Part shown: positions 11,663 through 22,652 of the stretch, piece after piece
How positions within the stretch are numbered: the stretch's first letter is position 1
How the letters are laid out: the number at the start of each line of letters is the position of its first letter
Translations under genes and position numbers: made by a program
DNA from: Candidatus Dormiibacterota bacterium
GTDB taxonomy: Bacteria; Chloroflexota; Dormibacteria; Aeolococcales; Aeolococcaceae
Length of the DNA stretch: 64,000 bases
Assembly (NCBI GenBank): GCA_963709585.1
Contig: CAVPXI010000008.1
Span: 60,534-124,533 of the forward strand
Direction: 5' to 3'
Notes under the pieces: model-generated
What the model was told of the DNA's origin: nothing
Database searches by the model: none
What the model saw: only the letters and a program-made list of their open reading frames with translations

Positions 11663-12298
11663 TTGCTCTCCGAGCGGGGATCCGCTTCGACCGTACTCAG
11701 GGCTCCCGCGTTGGCTGATACCGCCGCAGTCCACCCGACCGCCGACGTCGAGAACGGCGCGCGTGTGGGCAAGCGGACCCGCATCTGGGCACGATCACAT
11801 CTCCGTCGCGGCGCCTCCGTCGGTGACGATTGCATCATCGGCGAAAACGTGCTGATCGATCTCGATGTGCAGGTGGGCAGTCGCTGCAAGATACAGAACA
11901 ACGCGCTCTTGTACCACGGAGCCGTGCTCGGCGATGAGGTATTCGTGGGTCCGGGCGCGTGCCTAACCAACGACCGCTACCCTCGAGCATCGACGTCTGA
12001 TGGATCGCTCAAGGCCGACACCGACTGGGTGGTCTCGGGTGTGGTGGTGGAGCGAGGGGCCACGATTGGAGCGCATGCGGTGGTGGTCGGCGGAGTCCAC
12101 ATCGGCGGCTGGTCGATGATTGGTTCCGGTGCCGTGGTCACGCACGACGTACCTGCCCACGGAATCGTGGTTGGAAACCCGGCTCGCCGGATCGGCTGGG
12201 CCTGCCGGTGCGGCCATCCTCTCGACGCAATGCTTATCTGTGCCGAATGCAGTCGTATCCACGCACTTCGCGATGGTGAGCTCGTCGAGCTGAGCTAG
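11663..12298 (+). CDS. hexapeptide-repeat N-acetyltransferase (WbpD-like)
   Basis: Left-handed beta-helix repeats, CKIQNN, TNDRYPR, GNPAR, C-terminal Cys cluster. Confidence 0.85.
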   Translation: MLSERGSASTVLRAPALADTAAVHPTADVENGARVGKRTRIWARSHLRRGASVGDDCIIGENVLIDLDVQVGSRCKIQNNALLYHGAVLGDEVFVGPGACLTNDRYPRASTSDGSLKADTDWVVSGVVVERGATIGAHAVVVGGVHIGGWSMIGSGAVVTHDVPAHGIVVGNPARRIGWACRCGHPLDAMLICAECSRIHALRDGELVELS

Positions 12299-12314
12299 AT
12301 CCCATAAGTTGTTG

Positions 12315-13517
12315 TCAAGCTAATCCGGCGCTGCCATGCGCCGGATCGAAGTCCTTGTCGCCGCGCCACACGCCCCAGACGATGGCGAGCGCCTTGCTCA
12401 TGCAGTGACCAAGGGAGTTCATCGCTGACTTGCCCGCGGCCCGCTTGCGAGCGTAGTGGGCGCGGATGATCGGGTTGTGTTGCACGCCGACCACCGCCAT
12501 CCGGTACGCCGCCGCACGCAGATACGAGTTGCCGGTCTTGGCCATGGTCCAGCTCGTCTCGGGGTTCGCACCCTTCTTCCCTGAACTCTGCTCCTTGGGA
12601 TGCACGCCTGCGTAGGCGAGCAACTGGTCGACATCGCTGAAGCGCCAGATGTCGCCGATCTCGGCCATGAGTGTGGCCGCGGTGGACGGCCCGACACCGG
12701 GAATCGAGAGCAGCCGCTGCGACACCTCGCCGTCGAGCAGGGAGGCGACCCGGGTGTCCGCGCTGGCGATCTGCTGGTCGAGCAGGTCGTGCTGCGCAAT
12801 CAGGAGGCGCATCGCGAACCCGACCTGCTGCGCGAGTTCCGGCGCAGCCACCGAGGTCTGAGCCAGCTGCTTGAGCTGGCCGGCCTTGAGCGGTCCGATC
12901 GCACGGCCACCACCGCCCGGACACTTGAGCCGAGCCAGGCGGTCCTGGTGCATGCGCGCCACGGCCGCGGCGGTCGGCGCGTGGCGGAGCACCGCCAGGG
13001 CGCTCACGCAGGTCGGGTCGTCCCAGACCTCGCGCAGCTCAGGAAAGCCGATGTCCACCAACCGCTGGATGCGCTGGCAGACCTGGGCCTGCTCACGCAC
13101 CAAACGCATCGCGAACCGCGCCGCCTCCTTGAGCTCGGCCCCCACCAGGGGCTCGCTGATCCGCGGCTGGTCGTGCGTTCCCAACGCCGCCAGTGTGCGC
13201 GCGTCGGCCGGGTCGCTCTTGCTCCGCTGCAGCCGGCTCTTGGCGAAGTACTTGGCCTGCAACGGGTTCACCACCGCCACCGGATACCCCTGGCGACGCA
13301 GGTGGCTGGCCAGGTTGAACCAGTAGTGGCCGCTCGATTCCATCACCACCACCTCGATCGGCGCTTCCTGCTTCGTCATCCACGCGTCCAGTTCGCCGAA
13401 GCCCTTGCGCTTGGTGGTGATGGTGAGCACCTTCCGATCCGCCTCGCGCTCACCCTGGCGACACACCGCCGCCGCGCACTTGTATGCCCCCACGTCGATC
13501 CCCACCGCCAGGCTCAT
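12315..13517 (-). CDS. IS110-family DEDD transposase/recombinase
   Basis: GIDVG, MESSG, KSDPADA, IPGVGP, AYAG..QSSG motifs; AGGAGG RBS before ATG 13517. Confidence 0.93.
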   Translation of the reverse strand: MSLAVGIDVGAYKCAAAVCRQGEREADRKVLTITTKRKGFGELDAWMTKQEAPIEVVVMESSGHYWFNLASHLRRQGYPVAVVNPLQAKYFAKSRLQRSKSDPADARTLAALGTHDQPRISEPLVGAELKEAARFAMRLVREQAQVCQRIQRLVDIGFPELREVWDDPTCVSALAVLRHAPTAAAVARMHQDRLARLKCPGGGGRAIGPLKAGQLKQLAQTSVAAPELAQQVGFAMRLLIAQHDLLDQQIASADTRVASLLDGEVSQRLLSIPGVGPSTAATLMAEIGDIWRFSDVDQLLAYAGVHPKEQSSGKKGANPETSWTMAKTGNSYLRAAAYRMAVVGVQHNPIIRAHYARKRAAGKSAMNSLGHCMSKALAIVWGVWRGDKDFDPAHGSAGLA

Positions 13518-13749
13518 ACGCACCTCCTGTGTCGGGTTGCGACCCCAGGGGTCCTCGCCTTGCTTCGTCGCCGCGTGGGCTGATGCTCCATCACCGGTCA
13601 CCGCCGTCGGATCCCAATCACCGCTCGAAGACGAAGCACGAGGGCCGGTCACTAGCTCCATCGGTCCCGTCGCCGGATAGCTATGCGCCGGTCTCCCCGT
13701 CGAGGTCAGATTCCCCGCGATTCTGACCCTGCCAGGAGATATATCAGCT
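13518..13749 (-). ncRNA. putative IS110 bridge RNA region
   Basis: Non-coding IS end with stems GGTCAGA/TCTGACC (13704-13728) and TGCTTCGTC/GACGAAGCA (13561-13638); position matches IS110 bridge RNA loci. Confidence 0.55.
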
Positions 13750-13861
13750 ATAAGCGGTCGCGGGACCTACTCACGAGAGGGCTGCCGGCGACATCCTCCG
13801 TAGGGCCGACCTCGAGGATGGAGTTGAGCGCAAGCGGATGGAATTCGCTGGGGCGGCCCGA

Positions 13862-14320
13862 TCAGCCGCAGATGAACACGACAGCCGCACCCGTCTCCAA
13901 GCCACCGTACCCCTTGGCTGAGGTCGCCATGAAGGTCCAGGTATCCCCGCAATTGTTTGTGACGATGGTCACCTTCACGGACCTGCCGGGTGCGAGCGTG
14001 CCGTTGGCGGGAGTTACTGTGGACTGAGTTCCGCCCTCAGGAACGATGAATTGTGGGAACCAATTCAAAGCGGCGCTAGAGCTACTTGGGTTGCTCAGGG
14101 TCACGTGGCACGTCGCTGTGAAGATGGGTGTGCCCGGGGATTGGGTGCAGTTGGCGGGAGGGATGACGTCAAACTGGAGCCCGACCGCGCGCGGACTAAC
14201 CTCCAATCGTGGGGCCGTTGAGGCGGTCACGGTTCCGCCTGCCTCGGCCAGCATCATGCCGATTGCCAGTAACGGCAGCACCCACAGGACGCGCCTGATT
14301 TGCTTCCTGACCATGGTCAT
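13862..14320 (-). CDS. small secreted protein with Ig-like/BACON-like domain
   Basis: Signal-like N-terminus, VTPANGTLAPGRSVKVTI. Confidence 0.5.
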   Translation of the reverse strand: MTMVRKQIRRVLWVLPLLAIGMMLAEAGGTVTASTAPRLEVSPRAVGLQFDVIPPANCTQSPGTPIFTATCHVTLSNPSSSSAALNWFPQFIVPEGGTQSTVTPANGTLAPGRSVKVTIVTNNCGDTWTFMATSAKGYGGLETGAAVVFICG

Positions 14321-14408
14321 CGGCTCTGCTGCCGCCGCCGAAGGCTTGACTTTGCGTGGCAAAGTGAGGTAGCTTTGTGGTGCAAAGTCACCCAAGGAGA
14401 TCCCAACC

Positions 14409-15083
14409 ATGGATAACACCCGTGATCTGGAGCAGGCCGCGACCGCCGACAACGGCGGTGCGCTCGACCCGCGCGAAGCAGCGCGGCTGCTGGAGCAGAC
14501 CAACCGAGAGGCCCGGCGTCAATTCTCCATGAACCCGCCGCTGGCGACCGCGCTGATGGGGGTGCTGATCCTTTTCGCCTACGGCGCTCTGTGGCTCTCG
14601 GTGCTCGGACAGCAACCCTACGCCGGACCGAACCTCGGCGTGATCGCGCTGGTGTACGTGACGGTCGCCGTCGCGGCCGCCGTGACCGTGAGGATCCACC
14701 ACCGCGCAACCGCCGGCGTCAGTGGACCCTCCACGAGACAGCGCACGGTCGAGGGGATTGCGGTCCTCGTGTCCATCGTCGGCGGCAGCCCCGTGATTCA
14801 GGGCGCGATGAAGGAGTACGGCGCCAGCGCTGCCATCGTCTACGGAGTGATCCCGGCCGCGGCGCCGCTGATCATCATCGGCACGACCCTCGTGGGCATT
14901 GCCGCTAGCAAGTCCGACTGGCCGATGTTCGGCACCGCTCTCGCGGTCGTGACCGGGGGGATCGTCGCCGCGTTCGTGGGGCCGATCGATGCGTGGCTGG
15001 TCGCCGGGATCAGCCTGTTCATCGCGGTGGTCGGCTACGCCGCTGCCACCACCTCGCAGGGCCGCGCAGCCGGCCGCGTATGA
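14409..15083 (+). CDS. hypothetical multi-pass membrane protein
   Basis: AGGAG RBS, ~6 TM helices, ATGA coupled to HTH gene. Confidence 0.7.
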   Translation: MDNTRDLEQAATADNGGALDPREAARLLEQTNREARRQFSMNPPLATALMGVLILFAYGALWLSVLGQQPYAGPNLGVIALVYVTVAVAAAVTVRIHHRATAGVSGPSTRQRTVEGIAVLVSIVGGSPVIQGAMKEYGASAAIVYGVIPAAAPLIIIGTTLVGIAASKSDWPMFGTALAVVTGGIVAAFVGPIDAWLVAGISLFIAVVGYAAATTSQGRAAGRV

Positions 15084-15376
15084 CAGAGGAAGCGCTGGAC
15101 CCGCTGATCCATGCGCCGGCCCGTCTGCGGATCGTCGCGACGCTGGCCGCGCTGCCCGAGGGCGACGCGCTCTCATTCACCAGGCTGCAGGACATGCTCG
15201 AGCTGACGCCCGGCAACCTGATCACGCACGTGCGAAAGCTCGAGGACGCCGGCTACCTGACGACCGAAAAGACCGGCAACGGGACGGCGTCACGCACCTC
15301 GATCGGCCTCACGGCGCGAGGCCGGGCGGCGCTGGAGGCCTACACGGCCGCCCTGCGGGGCTTGCTAGGCGTCTGA
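15080..15376 (+). CDS. winged-helix transcriptional regulator (ArsR/MarR-like, HTH_34)
   Basis: LDPLIHAPARLRI..LTPGNLITHVRKLEDAGY..LTARGR. Confidence 0.85.
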   Translation: MTEEALDPLIHAPARLRIVATLAALPEGDALSFTRLQDMLELTPGNLITHVRKLEDAGYLTTEKTGNGTASRTSIGLTARGRAALEAYTAALRGLLGV

Positions 15377-15395
15377 ACCGTCCCCGAGTTCGCGC

Positions 15396-15442
15396 GAGCG
15401 GGAGACGAGGCTCGAACTCGCGACCCCTACCTTGGCAAGGTA
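15396..15442 (-). repeat. att site: duplicated 3' half of tRNA-Gly(GCC), copy 2
   Basis: Identical to the corresponding 3' segment of the tRNA at 31380-31454. Confidence 0.9.
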
Positions 15443-15712
15443 CGCTTCTCATTCTGTATTCGGGAGGGGCTGAAATTGGCCTCTAAGCCACTACTTACCC
15501 CCAGTTTCCACGGGGATCCACGCTGACCGCACGGGACGCCCCGCTGGCCCTACGGGCGTCCACGCTGAACACAACATCGGGAATACGGGGCCCATCTCGA
15601 TGTTGCACAGCTGAACCGACTCCGCGACCCGAAACTCCGACCGGTTGCGGGGTACGCGCCAATCGTTGGCCGGGAACTGGTGGCGCGCCGCCGGCGCCTC
15701 CACGCCCTTCCA

Positions 15713-16746
15713 TCATGGTGCCGTGCCCCAGACCGGGCCTCGGGGGAAGATGTTGGTGAGTGGCGTGGGATGCCAGATCACCACCGGGTGTGAGCCGTCG
15801 GCCTGCATGATCACTAGCCCAACGAAGTGGGTTCCATCCTGAAACTGGAGGAAGGCGATCATCGTGCCATCGGGCGACCAGGCGGGGTCCTCCGCCCAAC
15901 TGGGGTCAGACTCGTGGGTTAGCGCTGTCAGCCCGCTCCCATCAGAGTTAACGACGTAGACGTTCCGGTCCGAGGGAGCAGTATCGGAATCGGGTGCACC
16001 GAAAAGGAGCTTCGACCCATCCGGCGACCAGCGCGGTCTCCAAGCGTCTGCTGAGGTCGGCGTCACTTTGCGAAGGCCCATTCCGTCGATCCCAACAATG
16101 TAGATCGTTCCATCGCCACCATCACTCCCATCCCGAACGAAGGCGAGTTTCGTTCCATCGGGCGAGAAGTCCGGTAGCTGGTCTCCGCCGACAGCCGACG
16201 CCGGCGGCGTGGTGATCCGAACAATGTGGCTCCCATCGGCGTTCATGAGATAGATCCCAGTCAGATGTCCACTTAGATCGAACCGGTCGAATGCAATGCG
16301 CGTGCCATCCGGCGATATCGCAGGATCACCGTCATACACATGGATGGGCTCGGATGTGAGTTGCCGGATGGAGCCACCATGTGAGTCCATCCAGAACAGA
16401 TTGCTCGACGTCGCATTCGCGCTGGAAGCATTAGGAGGAAAGGTGCTATCGAAGACAATCCGATCACCCGCTGCGGTCCACGCCGGCTCGCCGACACGTC
16501 CGGCGGTGACGTTGGTGAGCATGCGCAGGCCGGTACCATCGGGCTCGATGGTCAGGATATTGCCATCGTCTCCAGTTGGGCCGAACTCCAGGGTGAACGC
16601 GATCCGGCCGTGCCCCGGAAGTCCACTCGCGGATGAAGGCGTTGTCGCGATCGGGGTGTTCGCATTCGAGGTGCGGATTGGGGCGGCGAGCCGCAGGCAA
16701 CGAGCGCCAGCAGCGTAGACGCCGTGAAGGCGGTCATCAGCTTCAT
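15713..16746 (-). CDS. TolB-like/PD40-repeat lipoprotein (frameshift near 16680)
   Basis: Lipobox LVAC, repeated PxxSPDGxxIAF and IYxMNxDGS units. Confidence 0.75.
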
Positions 16747-16936
16747 GTCAGGACCTTCAAACAAGTCGCCGTCGGTGTTGGGTTGATCACGCAACGAGCC
16801 CGGCGATCGCGTCGACCCTTCGAACCCGTCGACCGCGATCCGCGTTGCCGCCCCTCAACCTCGCCAACCTGGCGAATTCGGGTCTGAATGTCGGCCTCTA
16901 CGGCTGGCACGGCGACGCTCCCTGCACACGCATCTC

Positions 16937-18595
16937 TCAGCATCCAAAGCACTGATCAGGCAGGTTGCGAGCGGTGGTGCTGTTACTCAGCGTCACGGGA
17001 AAGGCGGTGAAGAGACCTCCCCCATGCGCCGTGATGCCAGGGCTCGCCGTCAACGTGTTGCCCGACACCGTGCTACCGGACAGTGTGAGCTGGACCGGCG
17101 GGGTGGCGCAGGGGACCGGGCCGTTCCAGATGCCGCCGCCCTGGACCTTCCCAGAAGCGCCTCGCGCCGTCCCTGTGTTGTTCTCGACGACTGTGCTTTG
17201 CAGCATCAGCAGCTCGTCGCTCTGGATGCCGCCGCCCTCGACGATCGCCGAGCCGCTCGTCGTCGTCGCGGTTACGCGATTGTCAGCGATGACGCTATCG
17301 CTGATCGTGGTCACTGGGTTGGTGCCGCCAATGAATGCCCCACCAGCGGCCTGGGCAGTCCCGGCCGATGAGGTGGCCTCGACGCTGTTGGAAGTGAATC
17401 GAGTGTTGCGGATCGGGCCAGGCGCATTCATCTCGCCGGCGCCAGAGTTGGCAAAGGCACTGCCCGATGAGCCAGCCGATGTGCTCGCGCTGACGCTGTT
17501 GCCGCTGAAGGTGTCGTTGGACAGCACGAGCGCGAGCGGGCCATCGGAGTGAAGGCCGCCCGAAGTCGGCGGTTGCGTCACCAGCCGTATTCGTCGCCCT
17601 GACGGAATTCTCGGAGATCGTGGTGTCACTTATAGTTCCGGAGGTGGAGGTGGAGACATGAACGCCTCCGGCGATCGCGCCCAGCCGCCGGTCGCTGATG
17701 CAATCCGTTGGGTTCGTAAACGGCAGCGAAGACGAAAGCTCCGCCGCGTTGCCCGTCACGAAGTCGTGGTTCATCGTCAGTGTCGCGCCCTCAACATAGA
17801 TGCCGCCGGAGTCAACGAAGCGACCGTTGGGCGCGGTCGTGCTTGCATGGTTGTTGCTGATCATGGAATCGTTGACCACGAGGGTGCCCGTCGGCTCGAC
17901 CATGATCCCGCCTCCATTTGCGTCGCTGGCGAGCGTCGAGAGCCCGGATGCGGAGCCGATCAGGTTCTCGCTGACCGTAGTGTGGGCGAGCGTCAGCCTG
18001 CCCCAGTCGTCGATCCCGCCACCGTCCGCTTCGGCGTAGGGGCAATTGACGTTGCCCGGGCACGGAGATCCGATGGGGAGAGTTCGGGTCGGGGCGGCCC
18101 GGTTCCCGGTGATGACGCTGTTCGTGATGGTCACGGTGGCCCCAGTGCCGGCCTTCGACTGCGGGATCTCGATGCCGCCCCCTTGCGCGATGACACCGGA
18201 ATAGCTCGCAATCCCGACCCCGGGGTTCGACTGGGGGCTCGAGCGAGTCACTCCGCCGGTGATCGTCACGCCGGCGATCGAGACAGTCGGCTCAGTCGGC
18301 GCCTCGTACATGCCGATAGTCAGGACGCTGTTCCCACCCCGGATGATGGTCGACGTCGCCCCTGCCCCGATGATCGTGACGCTCACGTTGACGGTGACTT
18401 CGCCCGAGAACGTGCCCGAGTTCGATCCGGATCGTGTTACCCGCGTGGGCTGCAGCGATCGCCGCCTTCAGCGTTGAGTAACAGCCTGAACTCGCCGCCA
18501 ACGCACAAAGCGTTCTTGGCAGGTGCCGGGTTGCAAGCCACACCCCCCGCGACAAGGACCCCGCAGGCTACCGCAAGAAGGCGCTTGGTTCGCAT
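16937..18595 (-). CDS. secreted parallel beta-helix (pectin-lyase-like) lipoprotein, several frameshifts
   Basis: Lipobox GVAC, repeated GGGI..TL..S.VS.N motifs over ORFs 18437-18646, 17295-18386, 16937-17629. Confidence 0.6.
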
Positions 18596-18608
18596 CAGAT
18601 CCACCCCG

Positions 18609-18917
18609 TCATCGCAGTCTGCCAGTTGTGTCTTCTGTGCCCCCATCCGACCAGCGCCACTCGATCACGCGCTCGATGGGGATGGACGCGTGCTGGCTGA
18701 CGGCTCGTATCTCAGGTTCATTGCCGTGGAAGAGGCAGAAGACGGTCTCATCTGCCGGCATGAGGATTGAGCCGACGAACCAGACGTTCGCGCCCGCGCA
18801 ACGCAGTTGTGTGGCTGCAGCCTCGATGCGTCGTGCTGCGGTGGCGAGTTCTTGGTCATTGATGCCGGGCCAGTAGCACTCGACCAGGTAGCTGTTGCCG
18901 GCGCGGTTCGCGAGCAT
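18609..18917 (-). CDS. DUF4242 (SCO4226-like) small protein
   Basis: YLVECYWP..DETVFCLF..IPIERV pattern. Confidence 0.6.
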   Translation of the reverse strand: MLANRAGNSYLVECYWPGINDQELATAARRIEAAATQLRCAGANVWFVGSILMPADETVFCLFHGNEPEIRAVSQHASIPIERVIEWRWSDGGTEDTTGRLR

Positions 18918-19034
18918 GCGTTCGAGGGTACGGGCGCGGCCACCGGAGAGGAATCGGGTGTTTCCCTACTTCTGCGAAGGTCGCGGCGGCCTGAGGACTT
19001 TACGGTCGCCAACCACGTGTGCAAGAGTGCGCCC

Positions 19035-21832
19035 ATGCCGGACGGCATCCTGGGACGCGAGCAGGAGCTCATGGTTGCGGCAGGGCTCCTCGGAAGGCTG
19101 GAACACGGGCCGGCTGCCCTCGTCTTTGCAGGTGAAGCGGGGATCGGCAAGACGACGCTGTGGCGGGAGGCCGTCGATCGTGCTCGGGCGGAGCCGGTGG
19201 TGGCCCTTGTTGCCTCCCCCGCAGCCGCGGAGGCCGCACTAGCTTTTGCCGCCCTCGCCGACTTGCTTGAGCCGGTGGTTGACGGACTGCTGCCTGAGCT
19301 CAGCGAGCCTCAGCGCCACGCCCTGGCGATCGCGTTACTCCGCGAAGGTCCTGGCTCCCGACGTCTCGACCAGCGCGCCGCATCGGCAGGCGTGCTTTCG
19401 ATATTCCGAATGCTGGCCGGGACAAGCAAGGTGCTTGTGGCGATTGACGACCTCCAGTGGCTCGACCAGCCATCTGCCCATGTGCTCGGCTATGTAATGC
19501 GCCGCCTGGGGGATTTGCCGGTGGGGGTGTTGGCTTGCGAACGGCTAGGAGAGGTGAGGGAGCTTCCGCTTGATTTGCGCGCCGGCCTGGGCGAGGAACG
19601 CTTCGTTGGGATGGAGCTGGGGCCGCTCAGCCTTGCGGCCTTGCACGAACTCTTGAAGGAGCGGCTGGGCAGGTCCTTTTCGCGGAGGACGCTCACCCGC
19701 ATCGAGCAGGTGGCCGGAGGCAATCCCTTCTTCGCCCTGGAGATCGGTCGCGCCTTGCGGGAAGACCTGCCGTCTGGCGCTCCAGCGGTGCCGATTCCGG
19801 AGAACCTGCGCCAACTCATCGAGGGTCGTATGGCTGGCCTTCCCAAAGCCACGCGCACGACGCTGCTCGCCACAGCGTCACTTCCCGCACCGACCGTTGA
19901 TGTCGTGGCCTCGGCAACCGGCACGCTGCCGTCAAACACACGTCGGGCTCTTGAGCGTGCGGCCGCAGCCGGACTGGTGAGGTTGGATGCCTCCAACGTC
20001 CGCTTCTCTCACCCGCTTTACGCAGCCGTCGCCTACTCATCAGCGGTCCCCAGCGAGCGCCGTCGGGCTCACAGGCGGCTCGCTCTGGTCAGCACCGACA
20101 TCGAGGAGCGAGCCCGTCATCGTGCGCTGAGCGCGGAAGGTGACGATGAGGAGGCGGCTGCGCTCCTCGAGGCTGCAGCAGAGCACGCTCTGTCGCGGGG
20201 CGCGCCGGAGACCGCAGCTGAGCTGGCAGACCACGCGCGGTTGCTGACACCGCGGGATCAGCATGCCCGGATGCAGCGGCGCAGCATCCAGGCAGCCGAG
20301 TACCGCTTCCACGCCGGTGAGCGAGAGCCGGCACGGTTGCTACTGGAGGAGGTCCTACGTGAAACTCCCGCCGGGCGCGTGCGGGCGGATGTGCTCGTCC
20401 TGCTCGGTGAAATCCGATATCACGAGAATAGTTTTCCTGAAGCGATTCGTCACTTCGAGGAGGCGTTGGAGCATGTGGGCGACGCTCTGGGGGTGAGCGC
20501 TGCGATTGAAACCCAACTCGCGTACAGCTACAACGCGATCGCCGACTGGGCCGGCGCTGAGCGGCATGCAAGCCGCGGGCTGGAACTCGCGGAGCAGGCC
20601 GGTGAGCCCGGCGTCCTGGCGGAAGCGCTCGCCGTCCACGCCATTGCGACCTTCCTGCTGGGGCGGGGTCTCGATCGAGCGCAACTCGAACGAGCACTCG
20701 AGTTGGAGGATGCTCAGCGTCAGGTTGTCGTCGAGATGCGACCGAGCCTGATCGCCGGATGCCTGGAGCTGTATCTAGGCGAACTGGATCGATCGATCGC
20801 CTATCTGTCGGTCCTTCGCGAGCGTGCCCTGGAGCACGGCGCAGAGAGTGATCTCGTCTTTGTCAGCGGCCAGCTGGCGTTGGCGCAGTGCTGGAAGGGC
20901 AACCTCGGTGCTGCCGCGACGTATGCGGACGAAGCCATCGACACAGCGACGCATATCGAAAGCGACTCCGCCTCTGCTCCGCGCTTGCGTTCGGCGCCGT
21001 AGCGGCTGCATTTGCGGGTGACGTCGAGGTGGCGACTAGCAGAGCCGCGCAAACGTGCGCCCTAGCAAGTGAGACGGGATACCGCATCGGGATCATGTGG
21101 GCAAGTTGGGCACTCGGCGTCCTTGAGCTCGCTCGTGGCGACCCTCAAGCCGTCGATGCCGTCCTCGGGCCGTTGGCGACGATGATCGAGCAGGAGGGTC
21201 TCGGGGAGCCAGTGCGCGCGATCCACCTCGCCGATGAGATCGAAGCGTTGATCGCCCTCGGGCAACTGGGTCGTGCTGAGCGACTGACGGCCATGCTCGA
21301 GGAGACGGGAACGCGCCTCGAGCGACAGTGGACTCTCGTACAAGCCAACAGATCCCGCGCGCTGCTCTTGGCGGCGCGGGGCGAACTAGATGCAGCCTCC
21401 CTGGCGGCCAGCCAAGCAGTTGCGCTCTGCGCTGATCTTGAACCCGGGCTCGAGGTCGCGCGTTCGCTGCTTGTCGCAGGTAGCGTCGAGCGGCGGCGGC
21501 GGCGCAAGCGAGCGGCGAGCGACATGCTGCAGCGGTCACTCGAGATATTCGAGCAAGCGGGCGCGCGCCTATGGGCGGAGAAGGCGCAGAGAGAACTCGA
21601 CCGGGTCGGAATCCACCGGGTAGCAGGGAAGCAGCTGAGCGCCGCGGAGCAGCGCGTCGCCGAGCTTGCCGCGTCGGGCTTTACGAACCGCCAGGTCGCC
21701 GGCGCGCTGTTCATGAGCCCAAAGACGGTGGAAGCGAATCTCGCCCACGTCTATGCCAAGCTGGGCATACGCTCACGCGCCGAACTCGGCGCCCGAGTTA
21801 GTACTGTCCTTTTGGGGGACCCGCAAAGGTAG
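19035..21832 (+). CDS. large ATP-binding LuxR-family regulator (AAA + TPR + HTH), frameshift near 20975
   Basis: GEAGIGKT, IDDLQWLD, GGNPFF, FSHPL, C-terminal LSAAEQRVAEL..TVEANLAHVYAKLG. Confidence 0.85.
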
Positions 21833-22232
21833 GGGGCGCTTGTCAACGCTGACAAGTTGACACCCGTGGCGCCGGTGGCTTTGGCCATTTCCAGCACACG
21901 CGGTTGCGCTTGCCGGAAGGTGAAAGGAGCTACAGGCGCTTCCGGCCGCGTGTTCTTGGCCGGCGCGCTGCTGTGGACCATGGGACCGGGACAAGACTTG
22001 GGCTTTGTGTCCGATCGGCGAGGTGAAATGCAGGTGTTGTAGTACGTGATGACCACAGCACTCGGAGGAGCGGCGGACTTCAAGCGCCCGACCCTGCGCG
22101 GCTCCGCTCGAGGGCCCTAACACCACTTTCTCCAGGTAGTGCGTCTAGGAATTCCTGGACACGTACTCTCGGCGAGTTTCACGCGGTCGGCCGCCGACCG
22201 AAGCCGGGCCACTCCGTATTCAAATCGCGGAG

Positions 22233-22280
22233 TGGAGCGGGAGACGAGGCTTGAACTCGCGACCCTTACCTTGGCAAGGT
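22233..22280 (-). repeat. att site: duplicated 3' half of tRNA-Gly(GCC), copy 1
   Basis: 48 bp matching the tRNA 3' end including CCA, two mismatches. Confidence 0.9.
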
Positions 22281-22652
22281 CCAGCTCCAATTCCGAATAC
22301 GCGAGGAGCTGAAAACGGCCTTGCGGCGCCTACTTCCCCGCTGGATCGATGCTGTTCGACGCGGAGTTGACGGCGGGCGACGTCAAGCCACGACGACCTG
22401 TCGGTGATCGAGTGAGAGCACACTCGCGTGTGCGAGGACGCTCGTAGCTGAGAAACTGTGACTAACGTGGTGCAGGGCGATGGGTAGGGTTCGGATACAA
22501 GTTGCTCGACGCGGAACTGTCGACTAACAAGTTCGTCGGGGTCACCAGGTCCACCGCGCAGCAACCAAAGCGATCCTGACGGTCCCGCGCCAATGGCGCG
22601 AGGCAGCAGCGGCCGCCGACGTGGACCCAAGATCACAGAGAACCCACGAGGC

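Larger units (their letters stand above)
12304..13754 (-). mobile_element. IS110-family insertion sequence
   Basis: IS110 recombinase plus ~230 nt non-coding upstream end; no TIRs; ATAAG at both proposed ends (12304-12308, 13750-13754). Confidence 0.75.
15443..22232. mobile_element. genomic island between two tRNA-Gly att copies, no integrase visible
   Basis: Flanked by direct repeats of the tRNA 3' end; left end resembles the left end of the adjacent IME. Confidence 0.65.

Noticed and set aside
7654-15395. Possible third tandem island
   Set aside because: Content looks accessory, but I found no further tRNA-Gly fragment or integrase to bound it
21833-22232. Short ORFs and hairpins at the right end of the integrase-less island
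   Set aside because: No recognisable integrase remnant or coding motif; hairpins are unassigned
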